Source: Archaeoglobus fulgidus DSM 4304 (GTDB taxonomy: Archaea; Halobacteriota; Archaeoglobi; Archaeoglobales; Archaeoglobaceae). From it: 32,000 bases of DNA. Positions 9,850-17,982 of the stretch are shown here, one piece after another; the stretch's first letter is position 1; each line of letters begins with the position of its first letter. The notes beneath the pieces are model-generated. The model did not search any database and was not told where the DNA came from. It worked only from the letters and a program-made list of their open reading frames with translations. The stretch is taken from the NCBI RefSeq assembly GCF_000008665.1, contig NC_000917.1:1740001-1772000 (forward strand), in the 5' to 3' direction. Made by a program: the position numbers and the translations under genes.

Positions 9850-9868
9850 AAAAAGTTAAAAATTTTTC

Positions 9869-12319
9869 ATGCGAATTGGTGTTCTTGTAGCGGGCCTTTT
9901 TGGAGTCCTGCTTCTTGCTGCAATGGTGCAGGCCCAGTGCCCTGAGGGCTGCGCCTGCCTTGACAAGGCGACAGCTGAAAAGTACGGGCTGAGCAAGCTC
10001 TGCTCGGATAAGCCATGCGGTGAAACAACCAAGGGGGAGCCCAAATACTGCTTCCAGACCTACACCTGTCCCGATAACTGCTATTGCCTGACCGAAGAGG
10101 AGGCGAAGGCTGAGGGATTGACCACGTGCGGAGACCAGATGATGGTTTGCGGGGAAAAGGAAGGGAAGCTCCTTTACTGCTTCTCCAAACCTGTCTGTCC
10201 TGAGGGATGCGTTTGTTTAACCAAGGAGGATGCGGAGAAGAAGGGATACACGGAGCTTTGCAGCGATGATGTTTGCGACTACACCATCTCACAAACCCCG
10301 ACAGCAGTGGTAAAGGTTCCGATGTACTGCTGGAAGGCTGTTCCTACAACAACCACCACTACCACCACAACCACTCCAGCAACCTGCCCTGACAACTGCA
10401 ACTGCCTGACAGAGGAGGAGGCGAAGGAAAAGTTTACCTGCCCAACTCTTTGTGGCGATGCGATTTGCGGTTACGATGAGAAAACTCCGAAGTACTGCTT
10501 CAGGGACAACTGCACTGCAAATGTTTCCTGCCCCTTCGGATGCGAGTGCCTGACGGATGAGGAGGCAAAAGAAAAGGGCTACACAGAGCCCTGCGGAGAT
10601 TATGAGTGCGGTCTCATCGGGGATAATGTGGTAAAGCACTGCTATAAGAAGCCCTACGAGTGCCCTGAGGGCTGCAAGTGCCTCACTGACGAGGAGGTAA
10701 GGAAATATCTGGAGGAGGGGTATGTAGTTGAAAAGTGCGGCGAGGAAAAGTGCAGCGAAAAGGGAATGTGCTACAAAATCTCCTCCCCCACCTGCCCTGC
10801 TGGCTGCGAATGCCTGAGCGATGAGGAGGTGAAGAAGTACGAGTCCTCTGGTATAAAGCTCGAGCGCTGCACTTCCCAGCCATGCGGTGATGGCAAGTAC
10901 TGCTACAGGAAGGTTGAGGAAATCTGCCCAGCTGGATGTGAGTGCCTCTCCAAGGAGGAGGGGTATGCAAAGGGCATGGAGTTCTGTCAGGACTCTGCAG
11001 GAAACCTGATAAGGTGTGGTGTAATCGATGCTGAGCATGGAGTTTACAAGTACTGCTTCAGAGAGGCCGAAAAGTGTCACTTTGACAGAGCAAAATCTGT
11101 CTGCACGGGCTACTGCGAGAGTGGAGAGTGCGAGTTCTCGGCAGATTACCAGCTTTGCGTCGAAGATTGCAAGATGAAGTACGAGGAGTGCCTGAAGGGC
11201 GACGTTCCTGAGGAGGAGTGCAAGAAAGTCTATGAAGAGTGCTGGAGTGGCTGCAAACCATCCTGTGAGTGTAAGCCCATAACCTGCCCTGCAGGCTGCG
11301 AATGTCTCAACGAGGAGACGGTTAAGAAGTACCAGTCTGCAGGCTACACAGTTGAGCGCTGTGCTGCCGAAACCTGCCTTGCTGGAAACTACTGCTACAG
11401 AGTCACGCCTCAAAAGTGCCACTTTGACTACGAGAAGGAGCAGTGCGTTGGCGGTTGCGACGTCGGGCAGTGCAATCTAAACACCATTGTAAGAGACCCG
11501 AAGACGGGCAAGGTGGTTTACGGAGAGTGCGCCTGCAAGCCCGTGAACATCTGCCCAGCAGGATGCGAGTGTATGCCGAAAGAAAAGGCAGAGGAGGTAT
11601 TCAGCAACCCACAAGCATGCAATCCAAATCCGTGTGCCGTTGAGAAGGTGAAAGACGAGAGAACAGGAGAGGAATGGGAGGTTTACTCCTACTGCTTCAG
11701 GGAAGGTGAGCAGGCCTGCCACTACGACAGGGAGAGCGGAAAGTGTGTTGGAGGATGCGAGAGGGGAGAGTGCACACTGATGAGAGACTCCTACGGAAAT
11801 CCCTTCTGCAGCTGTCTTACCAAGATAACCCAGACAGTCCTCGAAACCAGCGTTGTTGAAAGAGCTTTACCACCCGAAGCTTCCCCGCTGACCTGCATTC
11901 CAGTCAAGCTCTACGTGAAACCAGCTTCGGGAGTTACGGGGATGATAATAACTGAAAACTACCCACAACAGTTCAGATTCGCATCACCATCCATCGCACC
12001 ATCCTCATACGGAAATGGAACGGCGAAGTGGCTGCTTATGGACAAGAACGGGCTGAAAGAGCAGGAGATTGAGTATAAGCTTTGCCTGCCAAGAAATGCG
12101 GCTGGAGAGTACTACTTCAACGGCATCTGGGAGACTGACACCAATGCGGGAACCATTGTGGGGGATACCAGCATAAAAGTCATGCCATCCAGGACGAACT
12201 GGCCGCCGTGTCCTGTTACCGACAGCATGCTGCTCAACTACATCACCCAGTGGTCTGAGGGCAAGCTCTCCGACCTTGAGCTTCTGCAGGTTGTTGAAGT
12301 GTGGGATAAGGGGTGCTGA
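9869..12319 (+). CDS. Large exported cysteine-rich repeat protein (816 aa) with a Thr-rich linker
   Basis: Signal peptide MRIGVLVAGLFGVLLLAAMVQAQ. Ten CPxxCxC(L/M)xxEEA-type units plus three CHxDxxxxxCxxxCxxGxC units. PTTTTTTTTTTPAT linker. Long uninterrupted ORF. Confidence 0.88.
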   Translation: MRIGVLVAGLFGVLLLAAMVQAQCPEGCACLDKATAEKYGLSKLCSDKPCGETTKGEPKYCFQTYTCPDNCYCLTEEEAKAEGLTTCGDQMMVCGEKEGKLLYCFSKPVCPEGCVCLTKEDAEKKGYTELCSDDVCDYTISQTPTAVVKVPMYCWKAVPTTTTTTTTTTPATCPDNCNCLTEEEAKEKFTCPTLCGDAICGYDEKTPKYCFRDNCTANVSCPFGCECLTDEEAKEKGYTEPCGDYECGLIGDNVVKHCYKKPYECPEGCKCLTDEEVRKYLEEGYVVEKCGEEKCSEKGMCYKISSPTCPAGCECLSDEEVKKYESSGIKLERCTSQPCGDGKYCYRKVEEICPAGCECLSKEEGYAKGMEFCQDSAGNLIRCGVIDAEHGVYKYCFREAEKCHFDRAKSVCTGYCESGECEFSADYQLCVEDCKMKYEECLKGDVPEEECKKVYEECWSGCKPSCECKPITCPAGCECLNEETVKKYQSAGYTVERCAAETCLAGNYCYRVTPQKCHFDYEKEQCVGGCDVGQCNLNTIVRDPKTGKVVYGECACKPVNICPAGCECMPKEKAEEVFSNPQACNPNPCAVEKVKDERTGEEWEVYSYCFREGEQACHYDRESGKCVGGCERGECTLMRDSYGNPFCSCLTKITQTVLETSVVERALPPEASPLTCIPVKLYVKPASGVTGMIITENYPQQFRFASPSIAPSSYGNGTAKWLLMDKNGLKEQEIEYKLCLPRNAAGEYYFNGIWETDTNAGTIVGDTSIKVMPSRTNWPPCPVTDSMLLNYITQWSEGKLSDLELLQVVEVWDKGC

Positions 12320-12321
12320 GG

Positions 12322-12810
12322 ATGAGAGCTTTGTGGTTGGCATTGGTGCTGCTGATTCTTTCAATCCCCGCCGTTTCAGCTCAGATCACGGTTACAAGAG
12401 ATTTGCCAGATTCGGCTAAGGTTGGAGACGAAATCACCGTCACTCTTGCCCTTACTATTGGCAGCGAGAAGCCGGCAGGAGCAATAATTGAAGAGAGCAT
12501 TCCCGATGGTGCAAGCTACATCTCAAGCAGTCCTGAAGCGACAGTGAGTGAGGGGAAGCTGAAGTGGGCTTTTTATGGTGAGCAGCTAAAGGACATGACT
12601 TTGCAGTACACCGTTAAGGTCGAGAAGGCTGGAAAGCTGGAATTCAGCGGCACGGTAAAGACCCTGCTCGGAAACGAGAACATAGGTGGTGACAGCGAGC
12701 TTGAAGTTTCTGAGAAGTCCGCAGAGCAACCCAAGGGTACGCCCGGATTTGAGGCATTCGTAGCTGTGGCTGTAATAGGCTCAATAGCTCTGTTGAGAAG
12801 GAAACATTAA
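12322..12810 (+). CDS. Exported protein with DUF11/Ig-like domain and PGF-CTERM-like C-terminus (162 aa)
   Basis: MRALWLALVLLILSIPAVSAQ signal. ITVTRDLPDSAKVGDEITVTLALTI... beta-sandwich-like. TPGFEAFVAVAVIGSIALLRRKH C-terminus. A GTG at 12313 is an alternative start overlapping the upstream gene. Confidence 0.85.
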   Translation: MRALWLALVLLILSIPAVSAQITVTRDLPDSAKVGDEITVTLALTIGSEKPAGAIIEESIPDGASYISSSPEATVSEGKLKWAFYGEQLKDMTLQYTVKVEKAGKLEFSGTVKTLLGNENIGGDSELEVSEKSAEQPKGTPGFEAFVAVAVIGSIALLRRKH

Positions 12811-12836
12811 ATTCTATTTTTTACAACACAAAAACC

Positions 12837-12844
12837 TATTTTTA
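12837..12844 (+). promoter_or_regulatory. Candidate TATA box for hisI
   Basis: TATTTTTA lies about 21-28 nt upstream of ATG 12865. Confidence 0.5.
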
Positions 12845-12864
12845 CCACCCGGCCAATTTAAGGC

Positions 12865-13191
12865 ATGGAACTGCAGTTCGACGAGAAGGGCCTAATCCCC
12901 GTCATCACTCAGGATGTTAAAACGAAGGAGGTTTTGATGTTAGCCTACGCCAATGAAGAAGCCATTAAGCTCACCCTCAAAACAGGTTTCGCTCACTACT
13001 GGAGCAGGAGCAGAAAGAAGCTCTGGAAAAAGGGAGAAACTTCAGGAAATGTCCAGAGAGTGGTTGAAATCAGATACGACTGTGATTGTGATGCTCTGCT
13101 TTATTTGGTAGAGCAGAAGGGTAATGCCTGCCATACGGGCAATTACTCATGCTTCTACAGGAGGTTGGAAGGAGATGAAGTACGTTGTTGA
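12865..13191 (+). CDS. hisI: Phosphoribosyl-AMP cyclohydrolase
   Basis: [76 protein letters not shown]: classic HisI signatures. Confidence 0.96.
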   Translation: MELQFDEKGLIPVITQDVKTKEVLMLAYANEEAIKLTLKTGFAHYWSRSRKKLWKKGETSGNVQRVVEIRYDCDCDALLYLVEQKGNACHTGNYSCFYRRLEGDEVRC

Positions 13192-14944
13192 TACCAGTGT
13201 GGTTATATCAGGAAGAGTAACCGAAATGCTTGAAAGTGGGGAGATTAAAGGAACGATAATAGTTCCTGAAGCCGTAATGGCGGAGCTTGAAGCTCAGGCC
13301 AACTTTGGCAAGATGACAGGCTTTCAGGGGCTCAGCGAAATCGAGAAGCTTACGAAGCTCGCAAAGGATAAGGGATTTGAGGTCATTTTTGCGGGGGAGA
13401 GGCCAAAGCTTGAGCACATCAGACTTGCAAAGGGAGGGGAGATAGACAATCTGATAAGGGAAGTTGCTGCCGAGTTCGATGCTGTTCTCGTAACCTCCGA
13501 CAGGGTTCAGCACTTGGTGGCGAGGGCAAAGGGCATAGAAACCATCTACGTCAGGCCTAGGGTTGTAAGACCCGAAAACACCCGAATAATGTCCTTCTTC
13601 ACCCCCGACACGGCGAGCGTGCATCTGAGGGAGGGTGTGCCTCCCTACGCCAAGAGAGGGAGAATTGGAGACCTGAAGCTCGTAAAGCTCGATGACAGGC
13701 CGATGAGCTACGAAGAGCTTAACGAGATTGCCAACGAGATTCTGGAGGCTGCGAGGCAGGACGAGGACAGCAGCATCGAGATCGAGAGGAGAGGTGCAAC
13801 AGTGGTTCAGCTCAGGGAACTCAGAATTGCCATTGCAGAGAGACCCTTTGCGGACAGGATGGAGATTACAGCAGTGAGGCCGATAGCTCAGGTCTCAATT
13901 GATGAATATGGAGTTAGCGAGGAGCTGAAGCGCAGAATAGTGGAGAGGCAGAGGGGAATTCTCATATCCGGCCCGCCCGGAGCGGGAAAGTCAACCTTCG
14001 CGGCGAGTGTGGCAAACTTCCTGCTTGAGAACGGATACATTGTCAAAACAATGGAGAGTCCAAGAGATTTGATGGTGAGAGATGAAATTACTCAGTATGC
14101 GCCGCTTGAGGGGGACATGTCCCTGACTTCGGACATCCTTCTTCTGGTAAGGCCTGATTATACAATCTACGACGAGCTCAGGAGAACGTCAGACTTTCAG
14201 GTTTTCGCGGATATGCGTTTAGCTGGGGTTGGAATGATCGGAGTAACACACGCCACAAGGGCGGTTGACGCGATACAGAGAATGATAGGCAGGGTGGAGC
14301 TCGGAATGATTCCACAGGTTGTTGACACGGTTGTTTTCATCGATGCTGGCAGAATAGTGAAGGTTTACGAGCTTTCCTTTACCGTCAAAGTGCCAACAGG
14401 GATGACGGAAGCTGATCTGGCGAGACCTGTTATAGAGGTCAGGGACTTTGAGACCAAGAATCTTGAATACGAGATCTACACCTACGGAGAGCAGGTTGTG
14501 GTGATGCCCATTGAGACAGACGAAAACCTGAAGGCTGCGCTGGAGGAGAAGATTTCCAAGTACGTTGACGACTTCGAGGTGGAGATGGTTGGAAGAAAAG
14601 CGGTGATAAAGGTTCCTGAGAAGCACATTCCCACGCTGATAGGAAGAAAGGGGAGGAGGATAAAGAATATCGAGGACGAGTTCAAAATTTCAATCGACGT
14701 CATTCCTAAGGAAGTTGAAGAGGAGGTAGAGGCGAGTGTGGAGGAGAGCGGAAAGCACTACGTCATCCACGCAAAGGGGCTTGAGGGCAGGACTGTGGAC
14801 GTCTATGCGGGGGATGAGTACCTGTTCACGGCTTTGGTGAGCAGGAAGGGGTGGATACGGATCAGGAAGGATAAGGAGGGTGGGAAGAGCTTGAGGCTCG
14901 CTCTGGCTAAGAACCTGCCGATAAGGCTGAAGGTGGTAGGTTGA
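13175..14944 (+). CDS. PIN domain + type II/IV secretion-like ATPase + KH domain protein (589 aa)
   Basis: [19 protein letters not shown] (PIN), [27 protein letters not shown] (Walker A), [59 protein letters not shown] (KH). ATG at 13175 preferred over the track start at 13124. Confidence 0.93.
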   Translation: MKYVVDTSVVISGRVTEMLESGEIKGTIIVPEAVMAELEAQANFGKMTGFQGLSEIEKLTKLAKDKGFEVIFAGERPKLEHIRLAKGGEIDNLIREVAAEFDAVLVTSDRVQHLVARAKGIETIYVRPRVVRPENTRIMSFFTPDTASVHLREGVPPYAKRGRIGDLKLVKLDDRPMSYEELNEIANEILEAARQDEDSSIEIERRGATVVQLRELRIAIAERPFADRMEITAVRPIAQVSIDEYGVSEELKRRIVERQRGILISGPPGAGKSTFAASVANFLLENGYIVKTMESPRDLMVRDEITQYAPLEGDMSLTSDILLLVRPDYTIYDELRRTSDFQVFADMRLAGVGMIGVTHATRAVDAIQRMIGRVELGMIPQVVDTVVFIDAGRIVKVYELSFTVKVPTGMTEADLARPVIEVRDFETKNLEYEIYTYGEQVVVMPIETDENLKAALEEKISKYVDDFEVEMVGRKAVIKVPEKHIPTLIGRKGRRIKNIEDEFKISIDVIPKEVEEEVEASVEESGKHYVIHAKGLEGRTVDVYAGDEYLFTALVSRKGWIRIRKDKEGGKSLRLALAKNLPIRLKVVG

Positions 14945-15714
14945 GATACCTCTTCGGCTTGCTTTTTCTTCTCACCGCCTTACTCGCTTTAGCAGCGATG
15001 CCGAAGTATGAAGAGGCGGGAATGGTCGTTTTCGAGAACCCTTCGGATGTTTCAAACTCCTTACTTTACTTCGGCCTGATTATTGGATTTACGGCCTTCA
15101 TTCTCCTCGCCGTGAAATTCTCTGCCGTTCTGAAGGCGGTGATATACTTCCTCACCTTTCTGTCAATCTTCTACGTCCTTTCTCCCTTCATAGGGATTCT
15201 GGCAATCCCCCTTTCCATCGGAGTTGTAATTCTGCTAATCAAAAAGCCCTACTGGCTGGTCATCAACTTCTCCGCCCTGATGCTTGCCGCTGGAATTACA
15301 GCAATCTTCGGCATAAGCCTCGAGCCGCTGCCAGTGATAATCTTGCTCGCAGTTCTTGCAGCCTACGATGCAATCTCGGTTTACAGAACGAGGCACATGA
15401 TAAAGCTCGCCGAATCCGTCACAGCGATAAACGCTCCTATGCTCTTCATCATTCCGCGGAAGGACGGAAACGCCTATATGGGAGTTGGGGATGCAGTTAT
15501 GCCCAATATCCTCGTAGTTTCCGCCCAGTACTTCTCGAATTCTCCATCAGTCGGTTTCATCAAGCTTCCTGCTCTTTTTGCTCTCATCGGAGGTTTTGCC
15601 GGGCTTATGATTTTGCTCTACATCGTGGAGAAGCGTGGAGGGGCGCATCCCGGCTTGCCCTTCGTCAACTTCGGTGCGATTGCGGGATACATCCTTGGTT
15701 CGGTCTTGTTTTAG
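14941..15714 (+). CDS. Presenilin/signal-peptide-peptidase-like intramembrane aspartyl protease (257 aa, TTG start)
   Basis: Multiple TM segments. LAAYDAISVYRTRHM (YD motif), AYMGVGDAVMPNIL (GxGD motif), GGAHPGLPFVNFGAIAGYILG (PAL-like motif). Confidence 0.85.
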   Translation: MRYLFGLLFLLTALLALAAMPKYEEAGMVVFENPSDVSNSLLYFGLIIGFTAFILLAVKFSAVLKAVIYFLTFLSIFYVLSPFIGILAIPLSIGVVILLIKKPYWLVINFSALMLAAGITAIFGISLEPLPVIILLAVLAAYDAISVYRTRHMIKLAESVTAINAPMLFIIPRKDGNAYMGVGDAVMPNILVVSAQYFSNSPSVGFIKLPALFALIGGFAGLMILLYIVEKRGGAHPGLPFVNFGAIAGYILGSVLF

Positions 15715-15801
15715 CTATTAAACGACTGAGAGGGCTTTCACTTAGACCTTCAAATTTCAGGCTAAGAAAAGCATATATTACGGAGAGAACTCGGAGTGGA
15801 T

Positions 15802-16539
15802 ATGATTGCGATACTCTCAAACCTGCACTCAAACCTCCCAGCGCTTGCAGAGGTTCTGTCGATAGTGGAGAAGATGAAGGAAGAGGGAACGGATGTAAAG
15901 AAAATTTACATTCTATCCGCCTTCGGTTTAATGCCCTACCCCGAAGAAACTTACAAGCTCCTTTCAGGAGGGCAGGGGAAAATAATCAGCGTTGTATCAG
16001 GAAAATACGACAGGCTGCTTGCAAAATGGAACGAGCTGAGCGATGAGGAAAAGGAGGAAGCGGTGGGGAAAGAGCTTGTGGAAGTGATGGACATCTACTG
16101 GGACGAGCTTGGACATGAGGGAAGGAAGTGGGTTAGAAACATGACTGAAAGGTTCATTGCCGAAAAGTTCGACTGGAATGAGTTCTACTTCACCTATGGG
16201 CTCCTGGAGAATCCCGACGAGATGCCCGCTGAGAACCAGCCACCGTCGTACTACGAGGCAAAGTACGCCGACCTGAAAAAGTATGAGGTGATAGCAGTTG
16301 CAGGAAGGGAACCGTACGCGGTAAACACCAAAATAGGAAAAATAGTTTGTCCGGGAATAGCGGGACTCGGCAGGGAGCCGACCTTTGCCCTTGTGGACAC
16401 AAAGACCCTCCACGTGTCGTTCGAGACTTTCGAATACAAAATCAAGGAGGTAGAAGACAGAATAATGGAGCTTGAAATTCCGCAGGCGACAAAGGAGTAC
16501 CTGAAGGACATCCTCTACAGAGGAAAGCCCTTCCCATAA
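15802..16539 (+). CDS. Metallophosphoesterase-superfamily-like protein with degenerate active site
   Basis: MIAILSNLHSNLPALAEVLSIVEKM resembles the ISDIHSNLxALxAVL motif of YfcE-type phosphoesterases, but the later metal-binding motifs are substituted (see findings). Confidence 0.65.
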   Translation: MIAILSNLHSNLPALAEVLSIVEKMKEEGTDVKKIYILSAFGLMPYPEETYKLLSGGQGKIISVVSGKYDRLLAKWNELSDEEKEEAVGKELVEVMDIYWDELGHEGRKWVRNMTERFIAEKFDWNEFYFTYGLLENPDEMPAENQPPSYYEAKYADLKKYEVIAVAGREPYAVNTKIGKIVCPGIAGLGREPTFALVDTKTLHVSFETFEYKIKEVEDRIMELEIPQATKEYLKDILYRGKPFP

Positions 16540-16552
16540 GTTTTTTAAAAAA

Positions 16553-17914
16553 TTAAAGTTCGGGATACCTATCCTGCCAGGGAGAGACGTCCTGAAAGGC
16601 TTTTGATACTTTCAAGACTCCCACATCATCATAAGGCTTTCCGACAATCTGCATTCCTATTGGCAGGCCTTCCTTGCTGAACCCTGCCGGAATCGAAGCT
16701 GCTGGCTGTCCGGTGAAGTTGAAGGGGTACGTGAAGGGCATCCATCCTATTGGCGTTATCGCCTTACCTGCAATCTCCTCCGGGCCGAGTTTGCCAATTT
16801 CGAAGGGCTTGCATGCTACAGTCGGTGTTATGAGGTAGTCGTATTCCTCAAAAATCCCTCTCAGAGCCTTCCACAGCTCCATTTTTCTTTCCTCAATCTT
16901 GATGTACTCTCTGAAGGTCAAAGACTGGGCCAGGGCCATAAATCCGAGATACGGTGGAAAAGCAACTTTCTCCCACTCCGCCATTCTGTCGCCGATGAAG
17001 GTCACAACCTCAAGAACGACCTTCGTCACAAGCTCCTGCTCAAGGTTTGGAAGGCTCAGCTTCACCTCCTCTACCTCACCGAACTTCTCCAGCTTGAATG
17101 CCGCTTCTCTGACCTTCTCCTCCACTTCAGGATCTACAATCGCGTAGCCGAGGTCGGGAGAGAAAGCAATTCTAACACCATCCGGATGCTCTTCAATGGC
17201 TTTCAGGTAGCTGAATTCCTCGTCCGGCAATGATTTCACATCCCTTATATCCCATCCCTTGACCAAATCGAGCATCAAGGCGGTGTCCTCAACGTATCTC
17301 GTCAGAAATCCCTCGGAGTGCAGACCAATGAAGATTGGCAGGGAGGGATAGCATGGAACCCTGCCGAAACTCGGCTTCAGCCCGTAAAGACCGCAAAAGG
17401 ACGCGGGAATTCTTATGCTCCCTCCACCATCATTTCCGCTCGCAACCGGCAGTATTCCTGCTGCCACAGCAGCCGCACTTCCACCGCTGCTCCCTCCTAC
17501 AGTCCTTGAGAGGTCCCAGGGATTCCTGGTGGGGCCGAACATCGGGTTGTCGGTGTATGCTATAAGTCCGAACTCCGGCATGTTGGTCTTTCCTATAATG
17601 ACCGCTCCGGCCTTCTTAAGTCTTTCAACAAGCACAGCATCCTCTTCGGGAACGTAGTTTTCGTAAAACTTTGAGCAGTACGTCGTCCTTATCCCCCTCG
17701 TCTCGACATTGTCCTTGATGGCTATCGGCAAACCGGCGAGAGGTGTGCTTACATCTGCCTTCTTAGCCTCCTCTATCGCCTTCTCGTTCAGAGTTACAAA
17801 AGCGTTTATTTTCGGATTCAGCCTCTCAATTTTTTCCAAACACTCCTCAACGAGCTCTGCGGGCTTAATCTCCCCACCCTTCAGCTTCTCCACAATATCA
17901 ACCGCTCTTTCCAT
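16553..17914 (-). CDS. Amidase signature family protein, GatA-like (Glu/Asp-tRNA(Gln/Asn) amidotransferase subunit A-like)
   Basis: [100 protein letters not shown]. Confidence 0.93.
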
Positions 17915-17982
17915 CTAACCACCTCAATTAATTGTTTAATATCTCTGAAGAAACACTTTAAAACATTTCTACTACTCAGCTT

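Noticed and set aside
10289-11422. 377-aa minus-strand ORF with hydrophobic segments (apparent membrane protein)
   Set aside because: Antisense of the Cys-rich array. The hydrophobic pattern arises from complements of Glu/Lys codons, and the sense ORF has a signal peptide and conserved units.
16540-16552. TTTTTTAAAAAA in the convergent gap as a structured terminator
   Set aside because: Only 13 bp lie between two convergent stop codons. The A/T run may act in termination, but there is no stem-loop evidence beyond the self-complementary run.
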